A DNA stretch of 63,749 nucleotides, the filler included, from Myxococcota bacterium (GTDB taxonomy: Bacteria; Myxococcota_C; UBA6777), in assembly GCA_023150835.1 (NCBI GenBank). It is 3 parts of 3 records of this genome, joined end to end, with 100 filler letters (N's around TTAATTAATTAA, not from the genome) between each part and the next. Parts side by side here need not be neighbours in the genome. Positions count along the whole stretch, not along the records: positions 29,056 to 57,823 come from JAKLKB010000086.1; 2 more parts are not named here. The stretch is one strand, 5' to 3'. This document shows positions 29,378-38,386 of this stretch, piece by piece; position 1 is the first letter of the stretch; each line of letters starts with the position of its first letter. The notes beneath the pieces were generated by a model. That model worked only from the letters and a program-made list of their open reading frames with translations, ran no database searches and was not told where the DNA came from. The position numbers and the translations under genes were made by a program.

Positions 29378-30154
29378 ATGGAGTTTAAGTCGGTGGATGT
29401 GGTGGAGTTTGTGGCGTTGTATAAGAACTACAAAGACCACTACGAGGAGATTCGGGCTTTTTTGTCGGGGGATGTTTCGGATTCTTTTGAGGTGGCGATG
29501 CAGTCGGGCGAGGTGTTGATGGGGATGGTGTCGGTGTCGGCACCAAAAGCCAAAGAAGTGGATCGGTTGGCGGATCGTGCTTGGACGAGCTTGTCACGGA
29601 GTTTGGAAGCGTGGGAGCATAGCTTTGTGGAAGACGAGCATATCCCGTTGATGAAAGAAGAGGTGGAGCGTCGGGGTTTGGCGCGTGCGTTGCGTGCGGG
29701 GCTGGTGGGAGGAGATCTGCGGTTTTTGCGGATGCAGTATCACGATCAGTGGCGTGAATCGGAGCGGCGTTTGCTGCGCTTGGACACGCAAACGGTGAAT
29801 GGGAAGACGTATCGGGAGGCGTTGGAGGGATTGCAGTTGGGGTTGATGGTGCGTCGATTGGAGCGGATTCATGAGGCTTATGGGCGGGCATTGGGGATCA
29901 AAGACGCGAACAAAGCGGTGGAACAGATGGAAGTGTGGGAAGGGGCGTTCTTTCATTTCCTGCACGGGCTGCACTTCAAGCATCGGGAGCGCACAGAAGC
30001 CAACCAAACGCTGTTTGATTTGGTGATGAAGCCTTACGAAGCGGCGCTGGAGCGCGGATTGGAACGCCGCCGTCAAGCCCGAAGCACTGCGGCTGAATCC
30101 ACAGATCCCACAGATCCCACCCCACTCGAACCCACCCCCATAAATCCCTCCTGA
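29378..30154 (+). CDS. hypothetical alpha-helical protein
   Basis: GAGGAG RBS; 258 aa with a protein-like charged helical composition; no motif recognised. Confidence 0.75.
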   Translation: MEFKSVDVVEFVALYKNYKDHYEEIRAFLSGDVSDSFEVAMQSGEVLMGMVSVSAPKAKEVDRLADRAWTSLSRSLEAWEHSFVEDEHIPLMKEEVERRGLARALRAGLVGGDLRFLRMQYHDQWRESERRLLRLDTQTVNGKTYREALEGLQLGLMVRRLERIHEAYGRALGIKDANKAVEQMEVWEGAFFHFLHGLHFKHRERTEANQTLFDLVMKPYEAALERGLERRRQARSTAAESTDPTDPTPLEPTPINPS

Positions 30155-30232
30155 GCTTGGTTTTATGGAACCCGAACCCCTCCTCTCACGGGCGCTACGC
30201 TGTGGGGCTAGGAGAGGATGTGTGCGGTGGAC

Positions 30233-30354
30233 AAAAAAGCTGTGTTCGTGGAACTTCAAGCGACAGAGGCGTTTGTGTGAAAAACGATGTTTGTCTCGCC
30301 AAATACGGGGTCAAGGGGCGACAGTCTATGGCGGGGCGTGGGGTGGAACCCCAC
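30233..30354 (+). repeat. dispersed repeat family B copy
   Basis: gctgtgttcg..cttcaagcgacag..tacggggtcaagggg..gtggggtggaaccccac. Confidence 0.85.
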
Positions 30355-30394
30355 ATCAACCATACGAAGCCACACGACCAGATCGAAACAAGAC

Positions 30395-32047
30395 TTAGCG
30401 TTTGTTGATCTTGCGGAGGAGTCTGGAGACGGGACCGGGAGCGGCGGCGGTTGCGCCGAGGACACCGCCCATCATGGCTCCGATCACGCCGACGGAAGCG
30501 ACTTCGCTACCAGAGAAGAAGAGTCCGGGGATAGGGGAGCTTGCGCGGAGGTGGCGGTTTTTGAAGCGTGTGGGTGTGGGTTCGAGGCCGTAGATCGAGC
30601 CGTGGATCGGGCGGCAAAAGTGATCGGTGGAGAGAGGTGTGGAAAGCTCGACGTGATCGAGCATGGGGCGAAGGGCAGGGAGGTGACGCAAGAATTGTTC
30701 GAGGAGTTTGTCTTGGAGTTGTGTTTTGAAGTCGTCGTAGGAGGGGCCGCGTTTTTTCCAGCGGGAATCGCGCCAAGGTTGGAAGGCTTGCCAAGGGACA
30801 AAGGTGACGACTTCGCCCGTGTGACGGGTCTCTGGGCCGGGGTCGTGGTGGGGATCTTTGAGCGAGGGAAAGCTACAGTAAAGGACAGGCGCGTCAGGGA
30901 GCGGCTGTTCGGGAGAGATCAGCCATGCGTCTTTTTCGATATCCCATGTTTCGTAGAACCACTTGTTGGCGGGGCCTGCGCCTGCTTGGGTGATATCGCC
31001 CTTGAATCCGAGGTACAGGCAGACGTGGGCAGGAGCAGGCGAAAGCGTGCGGATCGACGTGGCCCACGCTTGGTCTTGGATCTCAGAAGGAAGGAGGCGT
31101 TGGAGCGTGGAAGAGATGCCTGCGGCGCTGAGGATCAGGGGGGCGCGGATCTCTTCGCCATCACCGAGGCGAACGCCGACAGCACGGCCTTTTTCGATCA
31201 GGATGGTTTGGACATCGGTGGAGATGCGGGTCCATCCGCCATGATCCGCAACGGTCTTGAGCAGACATTCGGCGATGCGCTTGGCCCCACCGACGGGATA
31301 ATACGCACCGTGAAGAAAGTGTTTGGTGACGAGAGCTTGGATGGCAAAGCAAGAACGGCTGGGTGGGGAGCCATAATAGCCCCATTGTGCGGCAAAGACG
31401 GCGCGAAGTTTGGGATCGTGGGTGAGTGAGGCGAGGACTTCTTGGGTCGATTGCTCGAAGTAGGATTGGGCTTTTCGAGCCATCAGTAGATCGGCGACAC
31501 GTCCGAGAAAGCCCGATTTGACACGCGCAAGATAATAGCCGCGCATCCCCGACGAGACTTCACGCACAAGCTGAAAATAACGATCGATGGCTGGTTTTTC
31601 GTGTGGAAAGGCCGCAAGAAGATTCGCATGGAATTGTTGCGGTGAGTCGGGGAAGTCGATGCGGAAGTCGTTGGGATAGTAGAACTCGTCGTAGACAGGG
31701 CCAAGAGAAGCCCATTGAAGCTGTCCATCGGTTAGCTCGTCGAGCAAACGGCCCGTCATGCTATGCTTCGTCACTTCGCCGACGGCATGAACCCCCACAT
31801 CCCAGACGTAGTGCGGGCGCTTGAACATGTGCGTAAAACCGCCCGGGGTGTAGTGTTGTTCCAAGACCAAGACGCGATAGCCTTGTTTGGCGAGGATCGC
31901 TGCGCTCGTCATGCCGCCCATCCCCGAGCCGATCACGATGGCGTCGTAGGTTTGGCCTTCTTTGCCGCGTTTGTTCCAGTATTTTTCGGCGGGTTTGTTT
32001 GCATCGGTGGCTTGGCTGTTTGGGTCGTTTGAGGGGGCTGTGGTCAT
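30395..32047 (-). CDS. FAD-dependent oxidoreductase, phytoene desaturase / retinol saturase family
   Basis: YDAIVIGSGMGG, LEQH..PGG.TH.F, YPVGG, STPLS, GSIYG and PIPGLF.SG. Confidence 0.9.
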   Translation of the reverse strand: MTTAPSNDPNSQATDANKPAEKYWNKRGKEGQTYDAIVIGSGMGGMTSAAILAKQGYRVLVLEQHYTPGGFTHMFKRPHYVWDVGVHAVGEVTKHSMTGRLLDELTDGQLQWASLGPVYDEFYYPNDFRIDFPDSPQQFHANLLAAFPHEKPAIDRYFQLVREVSSGMRGYYLARVKSGFLGRVADLLMARKAQSYFEQSTQEVLASLTHDPKLRAVFAAQWGYYGSPPSRSCFAIQALVTKHFLHGAYYPVGGAKRIAECLLKTVADHGGWTRISTDVQTILIEKGRAVGVRLGDGEEIRAPLILSAAGISSTLQRLLPSEIQDQAWATSIRTLSPAPAHVCLYLGFKGDITQAGAGPANKWFYETWDIEKDAWLISPEQPLPDAPVLYCSFPSLKDPHHDPGPETRHTGEVVTFVPWQAFQPWRDSRWKKRGPSYDDFKTQLQDKLLEQFLRHLPALRPMLDHVELSTPLSTDHFCRPIHGSIYGLEPTPTRFKNRHLRASSPIPGLFFSGSEVASVGVIGAMMGGVLGATAAAPGPVSRLLRKINKR

Positions 32048-32159
32048 GGCTTTTTTCCTGTGCTGATGGGCGGAATGGGTTCGGCTTTGGGGGTTGTTTT
32101 TTGGGGTGCGTTTGTGTTTTGTGGTGTGTTTGTGTTTTGTGGTGTGTTTGTGTTTTGTG

Positions 32160-32282
32160 GTGCGAGGTACCACGCCCCGCCATAGGTCGCGGCCCCCTTG
32201 ACCCCGTGTTGGCGGGATGATCGGTGGTGTTTCAAACCAACGGCGGTGCCGCTTGAAGGTGCGCGAACACGGGGGTTTTTGT
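32160..32282 (-). repeat. dispersed repeat family B copy, preceded by an 18-bp x3 GT-rich repeat at 32106-32162
   Basis: Reverse complement reads gtgttcgcgcaccttcaagcggcac..cacggggtcaaggggg..gcggggcgtgg. Confidence 0.8.
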
Positions 32283-32350
32283 CAACTGCGTTGTTTCGGA
32301 TAGTGAGTTTGCGGTGTTTATGGTTGGGAGGATACGGTATCCGAGCGATG

Positions 32351-32680
32351 TAGACAGAGGATAGTATGTAGATGCCCTGTAATAGGGCAGCCACAGGGGG
32401 CTGCCCCTACATTTTTACGATCACACAACGGGCGGATTTCGTCGGAGTTCTTGTTGTGATTAGACAGAGGATAGTATGTAGATGCCCTGTAATAGGGCAG
32501 CCACAGGGGGCTGCCCCTACATTTTTACGATCACACAACGGGCGGATTTCGTCGGAGTTCTTGTTGTGATTAGACAGAGGATAGTATGTAGATGCCCTGC
32601 AATAGGGCAGCCACAGGGGGCTGCCCCTACATTTTTACGATCACACAACGGGCGGATTTCGTCGGAGTTCTTGTTGTGGT
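32351..32680 (-). repeat. 3 x 110-bp near-perfect tandem repeat, each unit containing a family A core
   Basis: Units start at 32351, 32461 and 32571 (tagacagaggatagtatgtagatgccctg...). Confidence 0.95.
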
Positions 32681-32776
32681 TTGGAGGGGAGGGTTATGGT
32701 GATTTTGCGTTGTTTCTGGTTGCGGTGGTGCTTTGTATGAGAGGGCGATGTAGCGGAAGTGGCGAGGAGCGGAGCG

Positions 32777-33115
32777 ATGTCTTTTTTGCTTGGGGTGCAG
32801 GTGATCTTTTTTAGCGTGACGAGCGTGGTGTGGTTGTTTCAGAAGAAGAAAGCGGCGGAAGAACCCGTTTCTTTGCGGGAGATCTTGCGGGCGGTGGGGA
32901 TCGGGTGGTTGGTGGGGGTCGTTGGGCCGTTGGTGCTGTCGTTGGCGGTGGCGATCTTTTCGACGAGAGAACCAAAAGCCTTTGCGCCCTACGCATGGTT
33001 GGTGTTTTTGGGTTTTTCGTTGTTGTTGGATGCTTATCCAGCGTACCGCGTGTGGTATCGCGGAGTGTACTTGCCCTTTTTGCAAAAACGCCGCGAAGAA
33101 GAGCGTTGGCGTTGA
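32777..33115 (+). CDS. small membrane protein (~3 TM)
   Basis: GAGGAG/GGAG RBS and three hydrophobic stretches. Confidence 0.6.
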   Translation: MSFLLGVQVIFFSVTSVVWLFQKKKAAEEPVSLREILRAVGIGWLVGVVGPLVLSLAVAIFSTREPKAFAPYAWLVFLGFSLLLDAYPAYRVWYRGVYLPFLQKRREEERWR

Positions 33116-33125
33116 CGACAAAGAA

Positions 33126-33258
33126 CTTTGCTGAAAAGCGTTTCTGTGCTTTGCTGAAAAGCGTTTCTGTGCTTTGATGAAAAGCGTTTCTGTGCTTTGA
33201 TGAAAAGCGTTTCTGTGCTTTGATGAAAAGCGTTTCTGTGCTTTGCTGAAAAGCGTTT
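33126..33258 (+). repeat. 23-bp tandem repeat, ~5.8 units
   Basis: (ctttgmtgaaaagcgtttctgtg)n with no spacers. Confidence 0.95.
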
Positions 33259-33336
33259 TAAATCGTTATCTGTGCTTTGCTGGTGCTAGAGCGTTTTCCT
33301 TCGATGTGTCAAACCCCACAACCATCCGAGGGTGCT

Positions 33337-34338
33337 ATGCTGGAGCGTGCGCGAGAGATCTTTTTGATTTCGTTGGCAGTGTTTTTGTTGGTTTCGTCAT
33401 TGGCCGTAGGGTATGGGACGTACACAGTTTTTTCGCGGAGAGGCGAATGGGTGGGCGGGATCGTTCACAACGTGTTGTCAGACAAAGGCAAGCAAGCGTT
33501 GGATATCCCTGTGATCGTGGAGCGTGCGACGGACAAGATCCTCAAGCGCGTTCTTGCGGATGACGAGCGTTTGCACGTCTTACCGCTGATCGAGCGATTG
33601 TTGGATCGGATACTGGAGCGGATTGTGCAGAAGTTGATGTCCAATGAAGGGCAAGTGCTGTTCAAATCCCTCCGTGATTCGGGCGAGATCGATCGTATCG
33701 TGTTGAAGGTGACGGATCATTTGTTGATTCATCGGAAAGAACAAGTGATCCAGATCCTTCGAGGGGTGGTGCCTGTGCAGGCGAATCGGCTTGCACAACA
33801 CGTTGTAAGCCATGTGGTTCGGCGGGACAAAGAGCATGTGGTCGAGTTGGTTTCACGTATCGCAACGCGCCTGACGAAGCAGTCTAAAGAGGGCGGAATC
33901 AAGGGCGTTGTCACCTCTGTGTTTGATCATGTGTTGGTGAAACATCAAGAGCGCGTGACGGATATCTTGCGAAAGGTTCTCCCTGTGGACCTCAAAGCGA
34001 TATCGCAGCGGTTGTTGCAACAGCTTTTGGAGCGAAACCGCAAAGACGTTGCAGAACTCACACAGACGGTGATCGTGAACCTGACACGCAAGATCCGCCA
34101 AGGTGAAGTCGAACGGCTGGCGGGGAATGTGCTGAGCCATGTGCTGACAAAACACAAGAAAGATATCGTGGATATCGCGCATCGTGCGGTGAGAGTGGAT
34201 CTCGAACGGATGTTGTATCGCGTGACGGATCAGCTTTTGCGCAAAAACAAACAACAGCTTGTTTTTATCTTGCGCGAGGTACTCAAGATCGATCTTGGGA
34301 AACTGCTGGCGGCTCCGTTTCAGAAGAAAAAAAAATAA
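33337..34338 (+). CDS. membrane-anchored alpha-helical repeat protein of unknown function
   Basis: N-terminal TM and recurring H(V/L)L.(K/H).K..(V/I)..IL..V..VD(L) units. Confidence 0.8.
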   Translation: MLERAREIFLISLAVFLLVSSLAVGYGTYTVFSRRGEWVGGIVHNVLSDKGKQALDIPVIVERATDKILKRVLADDERLHVLPLIERLLDRILERIVQKLMSNEGQVLFKSLRDSGEIDRIVLKVTDHLLIHRKEQVIQILRGVVPVQANRLAQHVVSHVVRRDKEHVVELVSRIATRLTKQSKEGGIKGVVTSVFDHVLVKHQERVTDILRKVLPVDLKAISQRLLQQLLERNRKDVAELTQTVIVNLTRKIRQGEVERLAGNVLSHVLTKHKKDIVDIAHRAVRVDLERMLYRVTDQLLRKNKQQLVFILREVLKIDLGKLLAAPFQKKKK

Positions 34339-34379
34339 GCGCGGCCTGTATTTCACAAAAGCAAAAGAAGGAGAGATGG

Positions 34380-35588
34380 ATGCTGATGTTTTCGGTGACG
34401 CAGTGGCACGTGTACCTGATGATCCCGCTGTCAGCGGCGATCATCGGTTATGTGACGAACGTATTGGCGATCAAGATGATGTTTTTGCCGCTGGAATTTT
34501 GGGGGAAGAAGCCTTTTTTGGGTTGGCAAGGGATCGTTCCAGCCAAGACGAAGAAGCTGGCGGAAGATGTGGTGGAGATGGTGTTGACGCGATTGATCAG
34601 CGTCGAAGAGATGTACGCCAAGATCGATCCCAAGCGCGTTGCGAGCGAGTTGTCTCCTGTCTTGAACGGATTGACCGAAGAGATCGTCGAGCAAGTGATC
34701 GCAGAAAGTTATCCTGTGGTGTGGGAAGCCGTTCCCAAGGCCGTAAAGAAGAGGACGTTTGATCGCATCAAGAAAGAGATGCCTCAGATCATTGAGCAGA
34801 TCGTGGAAGAAGTGGAGCTCCACATCGAAGAGATCTGCGATGTGCGTGCGATCGTGGTCGAAGCGTGCGTTAAGAACAAAAAATTGCTGAACGAGCTGTT
34901 TTTGCGTTGTGGTGCAGAAGAGTTCCGTTTTATCGGCAATTCGGGTCTGTACTTTGGATTTTTGTTTGGTTTGCCGCAAATGGTACTTTGGTACTTTGTG
35001 CAGCCTTGGTGGGTGTTGCCGCTGGCGGGGCTTTTGGTGGGGTATGCGACCAACTGGGTTGCGTTGAAGATGGTGTTTGAGCCCGTAAAGCCCGTCAAGA
35101 TCGGGCCGTTCGTGATACAGGGCCTTTTTCTTAAAAGGCAAAAAGAAGTCTCCGCAGAATACGCAGATATCTTTGCTTCACAGATCTTGAACGCCAAAAA
35201 TCTGCTGAGCTCGATCTTGCGCGGTCCTGCGTCAGATCGGCTGTTTTCGATCATGCAGCGTTATCTGAAAGAAGCAGTCGATGATTCGGCAGGTTTGAGC
35301 AAACCATTCGTACAGTTGGTGATCGGGACACAGCGCTATATCGAGATGAAAAACAAGATCTGCGATCGGTTGCTCGAAAAACTCCCCCAAGAGATCACAC
35401 GCCTGCACACCTACACGGACGAGGCGCTGGATGTGAAGAAAGAGCTTCGCGAGAAATTGGAATTGCTTTCTTCGGAGGAATTCGAAGGGATCTTGCACCC
35501 GATCTTCAAAGAGGATGAATGGATCTTGATCGTGGTGGGGGCGATATTGGGGATGTTGGCGGGATTTGCACAGCTATTGTTCGTGTAG
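34380..35588 (+). CDS. DUF445 family membrane protein
   Basis: IGYVTNVLAIKMMFLP..GWQGIVP, a second GYATNWVALKMVFEP..QGLFLKRQ, and terminal DEWILIVVGAILG. Confidence 0.88.
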   Translation: MLMFSVTQWHVYLMIPLSAAIIGYVTNVLAIKMMFLPLEFWGKKPFLGWQGIVPAKTKKLAEDVVEMVLTRLISVEEMYAKIDPKRVASELSPVLNGLTEEIVEQVIAESYPVVWEAVPKAVKKRTFDRIKKEMPQIIEQIVEEVELHIEEICDVRAIVVEACVKNKKLLNELFLRCGAEEFRFIGNSGLYFGFLFGLPQMVLWYFVQPWWVLPLAGLLVGYATNWVALKMVFEPVKPVKIGPFVIQGLFLKRQKEVSAEYADIFASQILNAKNLLSSILRGPASDRLFSIMQRYLKEAVDDSAGLSKPFVQLVIGTQRYIEMKNKICDRLLEKLPQEITRLHTYTDEALDVKKELREKLELLSSEEFEGILHPIFKEDEWILIVVGAILGMLAGFAQLLFV

Positions 35589-35721
35589 TGCGGGGCGTTG
35601 GGAGGGGGCTGGCTCGAACAAAAACGAGTCCACGGAAAACACGGAAAGAAGGCAGAAAAGTCTGGGTACGACAAACAGAGAGTCTGGTTCTACGGAAAAC
35701 ACGGTCGGTTTAGGCAAGGTC

Positions 35722-35808
35722 ATACGAAGTCCGCCCGTTGTGTGATCGTAAAGATGTAGGGACAGCCCCCTGTGGCTGTCCAAGAACAGGGCAGTTACAG
35801 CGAATCGC
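35722..35808 (+). repeat. family A copy flanked by inverted 9-mer (cacggaaaa-type) repeats at 35628-35650 and 35832-35862
   Basis: gtagggacagccccctgtggctgtcc (compensated hairpin); gtccacggaaaacacggaaa pairs with tttccgtgccttccgtgccttgcgtggac. Confidence 0.8.
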
Positions 35809-35877
35809 ATCGGCATCGCGATCACACTTTACTGTTTCCGTGCCTTCCGTGCCTTGCGTGGACTCTTCTGTCGTGGC

Positions 35878-38379
35878 TCATGGGATCTTGTGGGGGTTCT
35901 CGTCGTCATCGTCGAGTTCGAAGCCTTTGAGGGAGGTGACTTGGATGGTTTCGGAGGGATCGTGTTTGGAGGGGGGTTGGGCGGATATCTCGGCGGGTGG
36001 GACAGCGGAGAGAGTGTGGCTTGGAGAGGAAGACGAAGGTTTGGGGAAATCGGGAGAAACCGAGAGGGGCAAAGAGGCAGAGCGATGAAAAGCAGCGATA
36101 TTGGAAGGATTGGGGAGCGGTTGGGAAGAGGAAGAGGTTTGGAGAGGCGTTGGTGAGAAGGTTTGTGAGGAGGGAGGGAGCAAGTTGGCGGATACAGCGG
36201 GGTTGGGGATGGTCTGAGCGGAGACAGCGGGGTTTGAGGGAGGTGGTGGGGTAAGGAGGTTTGAGACGGGAGCAAGCGGAGTGGTCGGTTGGGTGGAAGG
36301 GAGAGAGGGCGTGGTGTTGGGGGTGGAGAGGGTCTTGGGATGGGGAGAAGAGGGGGAGGAGTGGATATTTTCGATAAAGAGGACGCGGGTGATCTCTTCG
36401 GGGGTGGTCATGCCTTGTGTGAGGAGGTAGCGGCTGTATTGTTGCATGGGTAGGAGGAGGCCGCGCTCGATGGCGAGTCGGCGGAGATGGACGGATTGTT
36501 CGTCGATGGCGAGCATGGGGCGGAGGGTTTCGTCGATGCGCAAGACCTCGAAGACACCGACACGTCCGCGATAACCGAGGAAGTTGCAGTGTACGCAGCC
36601 TTTTCCGCGATAAAACTCGAAGTATTCGGGTGGGTCGGGTTGTTCAAAGATGCCAAGGGGGAGGATGAGATTGCGGTGGTATTTAACGACTTCGCGGCAG
36701 TGAGGGCAGATCCGACGGACAAGACGTTGGCTAACAACGCCCGTGACGGTGTTGGCGATCAGAAAAGGTTCGATGCCCATATCGCGAAGACGGACGAGGG
36801 TTCCGAGGGCGCTGTTGGCGTGGATGGAGGTGATGACAAGGTGGCCGGTGAGCGCGGCTTTGAGGGCGGTGGAGGCGGTGATGGGGTCGCGTGTTTCGCC
36901 AACGACGATGATGTCGGGGTCTTGGCGCAAAAAGTGTCGGATGGAGTTTGCGAAGCCCATGCCAGCGGCTTCGTTGACTTGGACTTGTGCGATGCCTTCG
37001 ACGGTGTATTCGATGGGGTCTTCGACGGTGACGATGTTGACTTCGTCTTCGCGGCGGTGAAGGAGGGCGCTGTAGATGGTGGTGGTTTTTCCAGAGCCTG
37101 TGGGTCCAGCCATGAGGACCATGCCTTGGGGCTGTTGGAGCATCCATTGGACGGCTTGGAGAGTGGGGAGGTGGGGGATCAAGCGTTCGAGTTCGATCAG
37201 GATGTTGTTGGGATCGAGGAGGCGCAAGACGAGTTTTTCGCCGAAGTGAGAAGGGATGGTGGAGAGGCGAAAGTCGATGGGTTTGCCTTCGTAGCCGAGG
37301 CGAAGTCGGCCATCTTGGGCTTGTCGGCGTTCAGCGATATCCATGCCGCTGAGGATCTTGAGTCGAGAGACGAGGGCGCTGTGATAGCGCATTTCAAGGG
37401 TTTCAGGGCGTTTTTTGAGTCGCCCATCGACGCGATAACGCACGACAAGCTCGGAGGTTCCGGGTTCGATATGGATATCACTCGCCATCAAGTCGATGGC
37501 TTCGCCGATTAAGCGGTTCATCAATTGGACGATCTGCTCGCCCGGGATCTGCTGGTTTCGCTTGTCGGTGGAAGCGTCTTTGCCTTCGTTGATCTCGAGG
37601 GCGTTGTATTCTTTGGACTTGAGGACGTTGAACCAACGGTCGTCTTCGTCGGCGAGTTTTTTTTCGCGCCGATCAAGGATGGGATTGACGAAGTTGCGCA
37701 AGAAGCGCTCGAAGCTGTAGTTGTCGATGGGAAGGGGATGGATGTGTTTGCCTTTGACGAAGCGGCGGATATCGTCGATGGCATGGAGGTTTTGGAGATC
37801 GACGAGGCCGACAGCAAGGATGCCGCCGTGTTCGGAAAGCGGAAGCAGCTTGTGTTTGTTGATCAGGTGGCGGGGGATGATGGAGAGCAAGGTGGGATCA
37901 AGGACGATGCGTGCGAGATCGACAAAGGGGGTTTGTTTGAGGGCACGTTCGCGGAAGAGTTGGAGGCTGAGGGTGTGGGAGATGGCTTGTTGGAGGGAGG
38001 GGTGTTGGAGGGCGAGTTGTTTGAGGGTGTGGATGGGGATCGCAAGGAAGAGAGAAGGGGTCTTGGTGCGTAGGGTGAAGAGATGAGGCTCGTTGAGGAG
38101 GGCGGATTCAAGGTCGATATCGTCGCCGATGGCGATCTCGGGTCCATAATAATCGAGGCCGTACTCTTGTTCGCGTAGGGTGGTGGTGACTTCGCCTTCG
38201 ACGAGGAACAAGAGGGTGTCTGCGGGTTGTCCTTGTTCGAAGACTTGCGCCGCAGCAGGGAAGGGGAGGCGCTCGAAGTGTTGGGAGATATCTTTGCGAA
38301 GGGATTTGTCGAGCGCATGAAAGAGGCGCGTGTGCTTGAGTAGGCTGCCGCGAGAAGTGGTCGATGAAGGCGTAGACAT
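35878..38379 (-). CDS. PilB/GspE-family secretion ATPase with an N-terminal cyclic-nucleotide-binding-type domain
   Basis: ASDIHIEP, GPTGSGKTT, TVEDPIE, LRQDPD..GETRD, TGHLV and CPHC/CVHC. N-terminal LF..L..VFEQGQPADTLLFLVEGEV cNMP pattern. Confidence 0.9.
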   Translation of the reverse strand: MSTPSSTTSRGSLLKHTRLFHALDKSLRKDISQHFERLPFPAAAQVFEQGQPADTLLFLVEGEVTTTLREQEYGLDYYGPEIAIGDDIDLESALLNEPHLFTLRTKTPSLFLAIPIHTLKQLALQHPSLQQAISHTLSLQLFRERALKQTPFVDLARIVLDPTLLSIIPRHLINKHKLLPLSEHGGILAVGLVDLQNLHAIDDIRRFVKGKHIHPLPIDNYSFERFLRNFVNPILDRREKKLADEDDRWFNVLKSKEYNALEINEGKDASTDKRNQQIPGEQIVQLMNRLIGEAIDLMASDIHIEPGTSELVVRYRVDGRLKKRPETLEMRYHSALVSRLKILSGMDIAERRQAQDGRLRLGYEGKPIDFRLSTIPSHFGEKLVLRLLDPNNILIELERLIPHLPTLQAVQWMLQQPQGMVLMAGPTGSGKTTTIYSALLHRREDEVNIVTVEDPIEYTVEGIAQVQVNEAAGMGFANSIRHFLRQDPDIIVVGETRDPITASTALKAALTGHLVITSIHANSALGTLVRLRDMGIEPFLIANTVTGVVSQRLVRRICPHCREVVKYHRNLILPLGIFEQPDPPEYFEFYRGKGCVHCNFLGYRGRVGVFEVLRIDETLRPMLAIDEQSVHLRRLAIERGLLLPMQQYSRYLLTQGMTTPEEITRVLFIENIHSSPSSPHPKTLSTPNTTPSLPSTQPTTPLAPVSNLLTPPPPSNPAVSAQTIPNPAVSANLLPPSSQTFSPTPLQTSSSSQPLPNPSNIAAFHRSASLPLSVSPDFPKPSSSSPSHTLSAVPPAEISAQPPSKHDPSETIQVTSLKGFELDDDDENPHKIP

Positions 38380-38386
38380 GGGCGGA

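Noticed and set aside
32351..32680. CRISPR array or integron attC array
   Set aside because: Whole 110-bp units are identical, with no spacers, cassette ORFs or integrase.
33126..33258. CRISPR array
   Set aside because: The repeats are contiguous with no unique spacers, and no cas genes are present.
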